Below are positions 38,311 through 52,674 of a stretch of 64,000 nt of DNA, piece by piece. Each line of letters opens with the position of its first letter. Position 1 is the stretch's first letter. Location of the stretch: assembly GCF_009914755.1 (NCBI RefSeq), contig NC_060939.1, one strand, 5' to 3'. Both the position numbers and the translations under genes were made by a program. Below the pieces are notes generated by a model that made no database searches, was not told where the DNA came from, and was given only the letters and a program-made list of their open reading frames with translations. Source of the DNA: the human T2T-CHM13v2.0 reference genome, Homo sapiens.

Positions 38311-41300
38311 AAGTTTTTGTTTTAATGTAATTGTGATCAACACTATGCTTGAAGACATAGACAAAGCTATTTCTACCACCATGATGTTTACAAAATATCT
38401 GGTATTTTCGCCTATATGGCCATTAAAAAAACTAGATTTGTGGATAACAAACCACCAAGTTTTAATTGTTTTTATTTAATAAGGGAGAAATAAGACAGAA
38501 AAAGAGAATTAATACTCTTTTTCCCAGACTGAGAGGCGGGCTTCTAAGTAAAGGTATGTGAAAAACTGAGTAGAGGCTTGTAGTACTAAAATGAACCTCC
38601 AAAATTTATTCTTTTCTCTGAGGATTTATCTCAGCTTCTCTGTGTAATTGGATATTAACACATCTTAAATTTTTTAAAGAGATGGGGTCTCACTGTGTTG
38701 CTCAGGCTGGAGTGCAGTGGTTACTCACAGGTGCAGTCATGGCACACTGTAACCTCAAACTACTAGGCTCAAGCAATCCTCTTGCCTCAGCCCCACTGAG
38801 TAGCTGGGGCTATATGCATGTACCACCCACTGGCATGTCTTAAATACTTCTAAGGGAGCAAAACACATGCTCTCTCACCTCATTTTAACTATCCATTTAA
38901 AATTATTAGATGTATGTTCATTTTACATAAATTGACCTGGCTACAATTGAGTGTAACTACTTATATTATCTAAGGATTAATACTAGATTCTCAATTTAAG
39001 CAGTCCAGCATCTCTAACTTCTTAATGTATTTTTTCATTGTCATTTCCAATCATCACTAACAGGAGGAAGAGATTTGATAGTTTATTTGTATATTATTTT
39101 ATTTATAAATATCCAGCAGGTCCTAGCAAATAGGAAAGGAATATCTACAAATGTTTACTGTTTTAGGTAGAAGAATATAACAGTCATGTCCAAACTTTTT
39201 GAAAGAGCAAGGATGTGGTGGAAGGATTGGGAAAGAACTGGCAGTTAAGCCTCAGGGAAGTGGCATTTAAACTGTCATCCACAGAGCCCTAAGGTTTCGA
39301 CAGAGGTGACTTAGGACTCAGTACAGGGAAGGCAGGGGACTCTAAGGTGGGACACTGAGCCATTCCCCACTATCTTTAACCCAAGTGGCTTTACTTATTG
39401 GACTTCTGGGAGTCTGCTGATATTTAAAAGAAAGAAAGAAAGAAAGAAAAAACACATGAGCCCAGATCATAGGAGGAAATGCATACTAAGGTCTAAGGAA
39501 AGTAGAGCCTGGACCAAGAAAGCTATGTTGGTGATAATAAGAGATAAGGCACAGTGGCTCATACTTGTAATCCCAGCACTCTGGGAGGCTGAGGCAGGAG
39601 GATCACTGGAGGTCAGGAGTTTGAGACCAGCCTGGTCAACATGGTGAAACCCCATCTCTATTAAAAATACAAAAATTAGCCTGGTGTGATGGCACGCACC
39701 TGTAATTCCAGCTACTCAGGAGGCTGAGGCACAAGAATCTCTTGAACCTAGGAGGCGGAGGTTGCAGTGAGCCAAGATTGCGCCACTGCACTCCAGCCTG
39801 GGTGACTAAGCAAGACTCCATCTCAAAATAAATAAATTTAAAGAAAGAATGACTGTAAATATTGCTAAATTTCAGAGTGATTTTTGCTAAAATTAGATTG
39901 CTAAATTAAAATGAGGATTAACTCTGATTTATACATGAAGTCATTATAGTGAAAACAGGGTTATTGCTCTCTTTTCCCCCCTGGGCTGCAGCCTCAGGAA
40001 CAGAACATACAGATCAGTCTTTGGTTTAAACAAAAATTAGTTTTTTTTTTTTTGTAGAGAAAGCTGTTTTACTAAAAATGGGACAATCTCTGAGTGAATA
40101 ACTAAATGTAAATTGTTAATCATATATAGGCAGACCACCTATATGCCCCCTGCTTAGGAAGTTCTTGCCCATTTTTGCCTACTCAAAGTCTTACTAATTC
40201 CTGAAGGCCCTGCTTAAATCTCTATTCCTCTAGAGAAATGTCCAGAACTTCTAACCCTACAGTCATCATTAATAACCCTTCTTAATCTCTTGCCTTTCTG
40301 TTTTAAAACTTATCACAGAATGCTCTGTGTTAGCTTTGCATCTCTTTTATCTCCTCCAATTTCAGCCTCCCCAAAAGTTCAATCATTGCAATAATAGATG
40401 CCAAATAAATGTTAATTGAATGGAATTTGAGAGAGCAATGGAAACACATGTTTAAATAGTGAGAAAATACATAATCTAACAGAATTTGAACTTTGTACTT
40501 GGACATATTTCCAAATGTTAAAATTTTGATTGTACGCTAAAAGTAGTTTAAATACATAAAAGAACATTAAACATGCAAGCAGTAATTACAGTATGATCAC
40601 TATTGCATCATAACCCTGCCTTAGAATATCTAGAAAAGGATCCACAGCCATAGCACTGTTTACTTGTTCACTGTTCATTATCATGTTACAGTTTAACTGC
40701 CCTGATTGCTTCCCTGTTTTCGCAAGAGGCAAAGTTCCAGTAACATCATGTTTTTGGTGCTGGCTTGGTATTCTTCATATTTCTTATCTTTTACTTGCAC
40801 CACATTGTACCCATTCTAAGCTATGTCACACAACTTACCGAGTTTAGCTGTCATTTAACAGACATAATAGTAACAACACAGGCACCCAGTAGTAACCAAA
40901 ATTTGGCATCATACTTCGTGAGGAAATTGCAATTGACTAGTATGGCATGGCCCACCAGTTGAAAACCATGGTCTTAAAATATTTTTCTAGGTGCTCATTT
41001 TGTAGCCTGAGTCCTGTCATTTCTGTTCTCCTAGAGCTTCTTGTTCTGTGTTTTATTTTTCAAATTCTCTATTATCTTCATGATTCTACATTGTTTCCGT
41101 GTCCCACGGTAGGCAGAATTTTACTTAGGTTCCCCAGCCTCTTGTAAAAGTTCCCCGGGTCTATTTTCCCAGCTGTGAAAAATCAATTCCAGTTTGATTT
41201 TAGTGCACCAAGCCTCCTTTCATCCACCACTAGAGAACTCCAATGATCATCATTTTATTCTGTACTGTTTTCTCTTCTGTAGCCTGCCACCCTTCATCTT

Positions 41301-41720
41301 TCATCCAGCTGGAATCTAGTTACTCTGCTTTTAACAGGCAAACTCTTATTCTTAATGTATCTGTAGTTTATCATAGATACAGTAGCCACATGTCCCAATC
41401 TTCCAAGGCAAGTTTCAGTTTATGCCTGTCTTTCAGTGTAATTATTAATAGAGACTTCTTTCACTCTGAAGATCCTGGTTTGACAATTTTATGTTCACCT
41501 AGCCACAGAACACATAGAAGATATTTCTTGTTGCTGCTGTAGCTATAGTCAAGCAAGTACATACATAAACTGGGGAGCTTTTTTTTTTAATTGCCATTGT
41601 TCTCCAATTTGCTTGGCCTATCATAATTGAAACAAATACTTTCCTAATTATTGCAATTGGTGCAAAATTGGCCATCACTTGGGTAACCTGTTGAAGGTAA
41701 TCTCTTGTATCTGTTTCCAG

Positions 41721-41848
41721 GTTCCTCTCCTGGCTGAAATTTATGGTATAGAAGGAAACATTTTCAGGCTTAAAATTAACGAAGAGACTCCTCTAAAACC
41801 CAGATTTGAAGTTCCGGATGTCCTCACAAGCAAGCCAAGCACTGTAAG
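41721..41848 (+). CDS. GANC: GANC exon 4 (VPLLAEIYGIEGNIFRLKINEETPLKPRFEVPDVLTSKPSTVR)
   Basis: tttccag| acceptor, AG|GTAAGC donor, 128 nt; FRLKINE..PRFEVPDVL resembles the GH31 glucosidase II alpha N-terminal domain. Confidence 0.96.
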
Positions 41849-41964
41849 GTAAGCCAAGGAGCGAGGTATTTTAGAGACACGCTTGATATATTCTTTTATC
41901 ATATCTTGAGTAATAAATTTTGTTATGTGCACTTCTTCTTTTGGCTGCTCAAAACTACAGTCAT

Positions 41965-42011
41965 TTAGGTTGGTGTAAAAGTAATTGTGGTTTTTGCCAT
42001 TACTTTTAATG
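41965..42011. mobile_element. MADE1 (Hsmar1 MITE) half element
   Basis: ttaggttggtgtaaaagtaattgtggtttttgccattactttt = Hsmar1 TIR. Confidence 0.75.
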
Positions 42012-43074
42012 TATTCAGTTATTTGGGGATAAGTCTATCCATTTTCCTTATTATCCATTCTGTTTTTTCTTCATCCACCATTTGATTCATCAGGATTTAT
42101 TTAACGGGGAGAAGCAGAACTTTGATCCCTGCTCTCTTTCTCACAAAGAAAGTGGTTTTATTAGCCAGACTATGGGAGCAAGTAGAAGGAAAGCTACTTA
42201 TTACTCACTCAGATTAGCAGCAGGGCTCCGGAGATCTAATACGCTAGCCAAACTCCCATACTTACAGTAATTTATACTATTGGACGGACTCAATTAAGGT
42301 TATTCTCAGAAGTCTAACGTGTAATTTTACTTAGTGTCAAGGTAAATTAATAATCAGTGTCTAGGTGAAAAACAATCTTTGGGGACTAAAGCATTTTCAA
42401 GTACCTGCAAAACTTTAATCTCTTCTCATAACACTTTCCAGTGATATTTCAACTCAGTTTTGCCGGTTGGTTTCCATTATATTGTCATATTATTTCACTA
42501 AAGGAATATCAGATTATGCCAGATGCTTTCATTTTTACTAAATCATTACTGTAGTTTTATGTAGATTATTTTTTCCATGAAAATCTTATAAAAGGTCAAT
42601 ACATTATAATGAGAAATGAATTCAGTTATGATAGAATCATCAAAAGTTTAAAATATATCTATTCACTGAGCCACACTATATGCCAATAACTTAGTAAACA
42701 TAATTTTTTTTAATTTAATTTTTTCTTTTAATAGAGACAGAGTCTTGCTGTGTTACCCCAGCTGGTATCAAACTCCTGGCCTCAAATGATTCTCCCTCCT
42801 CTTCCTCCCAAAGTGTTGGGGTTATCGGCATGAGCCACCATGCCTGCCCTAAATAAGAACTTAAAAGAGACTGTTTCTCAAGGCTTTTGCAGTTTGACAA
42901 TTGAATCAATGCATACATATAACCTCCTGGCCACAGTATGTTATTTTCTACTATCCTGAAGGATAGTACAGCCTTCACAATTTTTACACTTGTGTTCGTA
43001 AGTAAGTTAATCTGTAATTTTCTCTTTCCGTGCTGTCTTTGCCATGTTTTAGGGTCCAGGTGATAATTCACTTG

Positions 43075-46000
43075 GTATGGTAAATATGGTATTAATTCTG
43101 CTTCTGTACTGAGTTCTTTCTAGAGGGCCTTTGGCTACTGTAGTAACTGGAAAGCTAAAAACTACATTTCTTCATTTCCCAGACTCCCTTGTAGCTACAG
43201 GTTCTGATATAATTCAGTTTCCACCAATCAGATGCACTTAAAAAAACCTTGATTTCAGAACTGAGTTCCCCATTTTGCTTATATGGATTTGGCACCTGTA
43301 GAGTGGCTCTAAGGCCATTAGTTAAGGCCATGATTTACTCATCTCTGAATCATAGCTAAGGTGGCATGATCCTAGAGCCCAGCAGTTGTCATAGTGACTT
43401 CTGATAACTCAACTTCCTGATTCTAGCTAAGATAGAAGGTCAGTTGGCCATACAGTTACACAGTATTGTTCTAGGGGGTCATTCCTGGACATGCAGCCTG
43501 GAACCTACTACCTCAACCCTTCCCGTGATGTTGTAAGCAACAAATTATCCATATGAAGTCATTTATTTTCTGCTTAAAATAGCCAGAGTTGTTTTTGTTT
43601 TCTACAATTGAGCCTTGGTTGATAAAGTAGTTGGTATTATAAATGAATATAAGCAACAGCCTCTCAAGGATGGGAGTATGAGATTGGCTGGCTGACCTAG
43701 CTGGATTTGGAGGCAGTGAGGATGTATTTACCTATAGAGAATGGGATACTACTGTTACAGGCTGAATTGTGTTATCCCAAAATTCAGGTGTTGAGCCCTA
43801 ACCTCTAGTACCTCAGAATGTGACTATATTTTGAGATAGGGTCTTTAAAGCAGTAAATAAGTTAAAATGGGATGATTAGGGTAGGCTCTAATCCATTATA
43901 CCTGGGTGCCCTTGTAAGAAGAGGAGATTAGGACACAGATGCAGGCACAGAGGGACAACCACGTGAAGACATAGTGATAAGGCAGCCATCTGCAAGCCCA
44001 GGAAATAGGCCTCACAAGAAACTCAACTTTCTGACACCTTGATCTTTGACTTCTAGCCTCAAAAATTATGAGAAAATAAATTTCTGTTGTTCAAGCTACC
44101 CAGTTTCTGATATTTTCTTATGGCAGCCCTGCCAAACTAATAGAACTAATAATAGACCACAAAATTCTGTGGCAATGTTACTTAAATGACGACTGGTGGT
44201 CAACTAAAATAAAGTGGCCCATTGAAAGCAGACCAAGAGGTAGGGCCATACTGCATTCTGATTATCATGCAGAATTCAGAGCTCTGAGGTGGCTTGGCTG
44301 CTACAACTTCACTGAAGAGTTTAAAGAAAGAAAACAATAGTCTCAGGGCTTTAAATTCTTAGCTCAAGGTATTGTCAGAAGATTGTTAATTTTCTGTGAC
44401 AATCCTAAAAGTCCTCATATCTTCTGTAGCTGCAGGTACATATAGCTGAAAATCAGATGCAGAGTTTGATATTGCAGGTCACTGAATTAGTCCATAAGTT
44501 AATTTCAGGCATTAACTGGGAAAACGTAGGACTCCTCAAAATTGAATAGCAGGCTGAGTGCAGTGGTTCACACCTGTAATCCCAATACTTTGGGAGGCCA
44601 AGGCAGGAGGATTGCTTGAGGTTAAGGGTTGTAGACCAGACTGGACAACAAAGTAAGACTGCATCTCTATAAAAAATTAAAAAACTAACCGGGCATGGTA
44701 GCACACACCTGTTGTCCTAGCTACTCAGGAGGCTGTGGTGAAAGGATCACTTGACCCCAGTGGTTTAAGGCTGCAGTGAACTATGATCGCACCACTGCAC
44801 TCCAGCCTGGGTGATGGAGCAAGACCCTGTCTCTAAAAAAATAAACAATTTTTTTTAAAAATTGAATAACAATATTTGGGAAGAGTTGGGTAATTCTAAA
44901 TAGTCAAACCTCAAAATTTCACTGGCCCTCCCATTTCAGCAGAAGCAACCCCTCCTATAAAGGCAGGTGAAGCTGATCCTGCCTTGCTTGGATACCCTGT
45001 ATTGACCTCACCTAAAATATACATGCACGGGGATTCCAATTCTCCTGTGCCCGACCTCTACCACCCTTCACTGCCTCCAGACCCATCATCAGAGTCAGAT
45101 CCCAACATGCCCAGAGAGCCAATTACAGTCAAACCCGGGGGAGAAGGCTTGCATGCCTGAAAAATTATAAGACTATATAATGCAAAAAAAACCTGGGAAA
45201 TATGAATGGAAATGGTTTCTGAGGAATTCCTAGACCAGAAAGAAGGAACTTAATTGTAGATCAGGCTAAATTTATTGACTCAGGTACACATACCAGATAA
45301 TGTAGATTTGATATGCTAGCTTGGGCAACTGAGAATGGCTCTAATTGATGGCATAGTTGGTTAATTATAATCTGAACTCAGCTATGGATTCTTCTGAATG
45401 AAGCTGAGATATCAGGAATTCCTTGGCATGGTGTAGAGGAAATGATCCACAGACTTAGAGAGATAAAGATGTTGAAGTGGATTTGTTTCATGCAACCAGC
45501 TCATCTAGCCCCTCTGGATTCTGTTCCCCACGAGAATCCAGAACATACCCCCTTCACTGAGAAACTGATGAGGGAGCACTTGGAAAGCATTGTAGTGAAC
45601 ATCTTCCTTTTGTGGGCTGGAGATAATGTTGGGAAATGATGCCGTTAAAATGGTCTCCCTGATTTCAGTGGAGATAATGAGACTCCAGGTAGCAGAGGCA
45701 GAGTAGAAACATTTAGTTGTCAGAGACAAGGTGAACATAATTCCATTATGTGTGGTAGGACCCATGTAGTACTCAAAATGGTTTAACGCTTGGGGCAGTA
45801 AGCAATTTATGGTGGGGTGCATTAGACTGACATATATGAACTACAGTCCTACTTAATGGAATCATCAAAAGAACTCTGTCTGGGTTCAGTGGATAGTGAG
45901 AGACAGCCTCTCAGCTGTCTCCAGAGTTAATTTCCAGATCCTAAGCATCTTGCTTGAAGAGAAGGCATAGAATCCATGGAGGACTGAAAAGACATCATAA

Positions 46001-46290
46001 GAACATAAACTGTCTCTTTTTACCTTCCTGAAAGAGTCCTGTGAACATTTACTGGGGACACTGTGCACTGGAGAAAGGGAAATATCTAGCTTTGAGGGAT
46101 TTTAAGTGCTGTGTCTGAGCTTACATAATTCTTGTGGATCTAAAACATCCTAACAGTGTACCTGTGAAATTGGAGGCTGGTGGGAATCAGGCAATAAATA
46201 GGTAAATAAAAATTTGACCTGGTTCCATCTCACTGTGGAGAGATGGACCCAATCTGTGTTATTTCCTCAGTTTCTGAGTATGTGTTTGGA
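43075..46290 (+). mobile_element. Ancient ERVL: LTR (LTR33-like, ~43075-43625) plus degenerate gag/pro internal region, interrupted by an MLT1 LTR (~43752-44142) and an Alu (44551-44860)
   Basis: ggaaagctaaaaactacatttc..cagactccctt LTR motif; gatcaggctaaatttattgac resembles ERVL gag. Confidence 0.65.
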
Positions 46291-46761
46291 ATGAGAAAGA
46301 AAAACAATAGTTAGATTTTACACACCAAAATCTAGAAAGTTACTAGACCTTCCAGACCAAGGTGATGATGATGACAACGATGATAGCTAACATTTACTGT
46401 GTGTTTTTTTTTTTTAATGTGTCTGGCACTGTGTCAAGAGCTTTACACATGTGATCTCATTTAATTCTCTCCAAAAACTTTGTTGTTGCTTTTGTTATTT
46501 TCACTTTACAGATAAGGAAACCAAGACCTAGAAAAGTTGGATAACTTTGTTATCCGAAGTTATAACGTATATGATAGAGTTATGCTCAATTTAAGCTCTT
46601 TGGCATCAAAGCCAATGCTCTCATTAACTTTTCTCTGTTGCCTTATCTATGGCTATGTCACATGAATATTGATTTACTAATTAATTACTTGGAAGTACAA
46701 ATCACATAGGGCCATGTAAACCTATAGCAGCTTGTTTTTCTCTTCCTGTTTTGTTTTCTAG

Positions 46762-46944
46762 GCTGATTTCATGCTCTGGGGACACAGGCAGTCTGATATT
46801 GGCAGATGGAAAAGGAGACCTGAAGTGCCATATCACAGCAAACCCATTCAAGGTAGACTTGGTGTCTGAAGAAGAGGTTGTGATTAGCATAAATTCCCTG
46901 GGCCAATTATACTTTGAGCATCTACAGATTCTTCACAAACAAAG
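46762..46944 (+). CDS. GANC: GANC exon 5 (LISCSGDTGSL...GQLYFEHLQILHKQR)
   Basis: ttttctag| acceptor, AG|GTATTC donor, 183 nt; within ORF 46751..46972. Confidence 0.95.
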
Positions 46945-47941
46945 GTATTCTTATGCATTACTTGACACATAAAGACCTTAACATAACCTGGTTAATGAAT
47001 ATCAGTTGCCTAAATAGATAACATAGCACCATAGAAAATTGGTTTGCCTTATTTGCTCTAGTATTGTTCTGAGAAATTTTACCTTTTCACCTGTGAAGGT
47101 GAATACAAGCTTTATGACAAAAATAATTCCCAAACTTTTGTAAATGTTACACTCTTAACATGTCCTGTGTGTAACTGATGGCATTCTCTACCCTGCACAC
47201 CCATCTATAAAAGCACTCTGTTGACCTGACAAATGTTAATGTGAACTAGCATACCTTCGTAATTTCGCTTCACTCCCTTGCAATAACACAAATTACCCTA
47301 GACTTGAATAGTTGTCCAGGAATTTTCTGGGACCATCTGCTTGATCAAAGCTGTTTATGTGGGGTGCTCACATGAATTAGGAGGTGGTGGTAAGGAGGAG
47401 ATTCTTATTCCATTCTTACGAACACTGTTTTTAAATCTTTTAGTCTATAGTTCTTTCTATTTTTATCATGATAATAAACGTATTATATGATCTGCAGAAA
47501 GCATTCAACATTCATTATTCCAACATAGTCATTTTTCTGAGTTTCAACTCATTTCTGTTTTAAAATTTTGATACTAAAAATATCTCATTTTCTCATCTCA
47601 GAACTAATACTTGTTCATCATAGGCAGATTAGAAAATATTGAAAAGAAGAAAATTTAAAATCCCCATAATCTCTCCACCTACTCTCTTAGTGCCTTATGA
47701 ATAGTCAAGTACTTGTTTAACTGAAAAATACTAATAATAGCAGAACAAATATCTGTGTACCCACTACTCATGTTCTTTATATGTAAAGCCTTTTTTCTAG
47801 CCAGGCACAGTGGCTCACACCTGTAATCATAACACTTTTGCCGAGGTGGCAAATCAGTTGAGCCCAGGAATTTGAAGCCAGCCTGGGCAACATGGTGAAA
47901 CCCTGTCCTACAAAAAAATACAAAAAAATTAGCTGAGTTTA

Positions 47942-48166
<225 letters not shown>

Positions 48167-48191
48167 CTAAGTTGATCCTTTTACTTACTTA

Positions 48192-48652
<461 letters not shown>

Positions 48653-49000
48653 TCAGAAACAATTTATGTATACACATTTTATATATATTCTTTGACTTTT
48701 CCTTTCCTGACACAAATGGCGCCACCTTTACACATTATTCTACACCTTGCTTTTTTCTGTTAACAATGTGATAATTCTTAATTTCTTTAAAGCAGCTACA
48801 TAATTTCTGTTGTATGGCTTTACCATGATTCACTGAGTAAATTCTCTATTGAGGGATTTAAAGTTGTTTCTAATCTTGTTTTACAACTAGTTAGTTTACT
48901 AATAACCTTGAATATGTGTCATTGTGCATATATACAAGTATATTTATAGTATAGAGTCATAAAAGGATAGTTGTTGATCAGATGGTTTGTGCATTTGTAG

Positions 49001-49183
<183 letters not shown>

Positions 49184-49667
49184 TAGTAGAGATGGGATTT
49201 CACTGTGTTAGTCAGGATGATCTCGATCTCCTGAACTCGTGATCCGCCCGCCTCAGCCTCCCAAAGTGCTGCGATTGCAGGCATGAGCGACCACGCCCCG
49301 CCTGTAGTTTTCATAGGTATTGCCAAATTGCCTTCCATAGAGGTTGTACTGGTAGCTATAGTTCCATGATTTACATTTATATTTATAATTATATTTGTGT
49401 TAGGAAAATCAGATGATCTAACTGGAAAAAATTTTAAGTTAGATTTTAACCTCATAACATTAACAAAAATCAATTGCAGATGAATAAAAATTAAACATAA
49501 AAAGACATAAAAATAGAAGAAAATATAAAACAATATTTCTGTAATTGTGAGAGTGTGACATAAATTGAAGAGCCATAAGGAAAAGATTGATGGATTTGAT
49601 TACTTACACATTTTAAGCTTTGATTCTACTCAGAAAGCAACACAAGAAGAAAAAAAGCTTTATTATA

Positions 49668-49709
<42 letters not shown>
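49668..49709. repeat. (CA)n microsatellite, ~20 units
   Basis: Direct reading. Confidence 0.95.
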
Positions 49710-49710
<1 letters not shown>

Positions 49711-50410
49711 CGTGAACAAAATTAAAAGTCAAGGACTTCCAGTTTCCCATCTGGCATGTAAGGAGCTTAGAAGTCACTACTCCATCCTAACAATGACTAA
49801 AAAGCTCAACAAATCAGTTTTTGCCTTATATAGTTTGATGCTCTGTTAGACTCATACACGCATTAAAGATTGTTACGTTGAGCTGGGCACAATGGCTCAT
49901 GGCTATAATACCAGCACTTTGGGAGGCTGAGGCAGGCAGATCATCTGAGGTCAGGAGTTTGAGACCAGCCTGGCCAACATGCTGAAACCCTGTCTCTACT
50001 AAAAATACAAAAAAATTAGCTAGGCATGGTGGCATGTGCCTGTCGTTCCATCTACTTGGGAGGTTGAGGTGGGAGAATCACTTGAACCTGGGAGGTGGAG
50101 GTTTCAGTGAGCTGAGATCATACCATTGCTCCAGGCGGGGCGACAAGAGCAAAACTCTGTCTCAAAAAAAAAAAAAAAAAAGATTGTTATGTCTGCTTAG
50201 AGTATTGATCCCTTTATCATTATGTAATATCCCTTTTTATCCCCCCAAATTTTCCTTGCTTTGAAATCTCTTCTGTCTGAAATTAATATATCTACTCTTA
50301 CTCTCTTTTGATTGGTGTTAGCATAGTATATCTTACCTTCAGAGGTAACCAGTTTACTAAATTTTGTGTTAATCACTTCCTTGGGTTTGATTTGGTTTGG
50401 TTTAGTTTAG

Positions 50411-50726
<316 letters not shown>

Positions 50727-51631
50727 TAATTGGATTCCCACATATGTATGAATTCCCAAACAACATATTATTTGGATTCGTCTTTTCTAAAAAAACTTTT
50801 ATGTAATAAAAGTATGCTGTATATATTCTTTTGTAATGTATTTTTCACTCAAATATTTTTTTTCTTTTTCCTTTTTTTTTTTTTTTGGAAGATATGGTCT
50901 CACTATGTTGCCCATTAAATGTATAAAAGTTAGCCTACATCATTCATGCTCTTAGAAATACAAACTGAAATGCATTTATTTTTTCTACAATTTTAGATTG
51001 GCAAAAACTGAAAGATTGATAAAGTCCAGCAATGTTAAGAATGTGGGGAACTGAGCACTGAAATACAACTATGGGTGGAAGAATAAATTGTCACAATCAT
51101 TCTGAAAGACTGTACATTATAGTGCTGTGTTCTGGGAGTAAGGAGAGTTACACCGAGTGTAGGGAGCTATGTTCTACCTTGCTTACTTAGATTTTGTTGA
51201 AATATTATGAGCATGTTTAACATTTATAATAAAAAATGATAAAAGTATTTTTTAAAGAGTTAACAAAATTAAAATACTTCTACATTAAGAAATGAAGCTA
51301 TTAGATTAATGTTCATCATTACTGTCCAATTTTATAAACTCATTTTTAAATTGTTTTTTATTGTTTAAAGATGAGATCTCACTATGTTACCCAGGCTGAC
51401 ATCGAACTCCTGGGCTCAAGTGACCCTCTAGCCTCAGCCTCCCAAGTAGCTGGGATTACAGGCAGGCACCACTGCACCTGGGTTCATTTTTATTTTTATA
51501 ATGATGTTATATTTAATACATTAAAGGATATAACTGAGGTCTCAAAAGTTGGAAATGAAAAATCTTTATCATTGAACAAAATTCTGTCAGTCTTGCCATT
51601 GAGTGAAACAACTTTATTTACGTTAAAACAG

Positions 51632-51677
51632 AGCTGCTAAAGAAAATGAGGAGGAGACATCAGTGGACACCTCTCAG
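51632..51677 (+). CDS. GANC: GANC exon 6 (AAKENEEETSVDTSQ)
   Basis: aacag| acceptor, CAG|GTAATC donor, 46 nt restores phase 0. Confidence 0.92.
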
Positions 51678-51841
51678 GTAATCTAGATTGATCCATTTAT
51701 TGTTATCTTTTTCACCATCATCATCATGATAGGGCATATAAGGAATTCTCTTTCTTCCTTCTACAGAAGGGTGCTTGTTAAATGATCGACTGCATATAAA
51801 TAGGACCACCTGTTTCTTTGGCTCACCTTGTCATCTCGTTG

Positions 51842-52620
51842 ATTCATTCATTCATTTATTCATTCATTCATTCATAAAAACAGATGCTTCCTGAGTGCCT
51901 ACTTTTTGCCAGGCATTATTGCTAGGCAAGGAGAATCAGCCTTGAATAAAACAAATCCCAAACATGTTCTCATGGAAATTAGAATCTATTGGGAAAGACA
52001 GACATTGAGTAAGTAATTACAAGCATGAGGAGTGTTACAAAATGGTGCTGTAGGAGAATACAAGGGACCTGGCCAAGATGAGGGTCAGGAAAGACCTTCT
52101 GAGGGAAATAATGTTAAAGCCGAAACTGATGTCTACACAAGTCAAAAAGTTGTATATACACAAGTCAAAAAGTTGGGAAAAGAATGTTCCAGGTAGAGGG
52201 AACTGCATATTCAAAGATGTGGAGGTAGGATGGAGCATATTCCATTTGAAGAAATGGAATATGTATGCAATATATATTTATTTCATCTGGAGAAAGGAAA
52301 GCAAAGGGGAGGGTGGTATGTAACGAGGCTAGAAAGACACGCAGGGCAGTGCTGTGGAAAGATTTGTAATAATTATTTTATCTAACAATTATTTGTTAAG
52401 TACCTCCTATATCCCAGGCACTGTTCATGGAATTGGTGAGACATCATTGAAAAATATAAGTCCCCCATTTATCATGCAGCTTACCTTCTTCCAAGCCATG
52501 TTAACCTTTCTGAGTTTCTCCTAAGAGCAAAGGAAAACTCTGGAACGGTTCTAAGTAGCAGAGATGCATGGTCTTATTTCTATTTTTAAAAGATTATTTT
52601 GTTGAATTGTGAAGAATGGA
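51842..52620 (-). mobile_element. L2 fragments with (TTCA)n tail
   Basis: attcattcattc...tgagtgcctactttttgccaggca, the typical L2 3' end. Confidence 0.7.
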
Positions 52621-52674
52621 CACTCCAGAAATCTTCTCTCTCTTCATCCCCAATCACATGTATCTTCAAAAGAG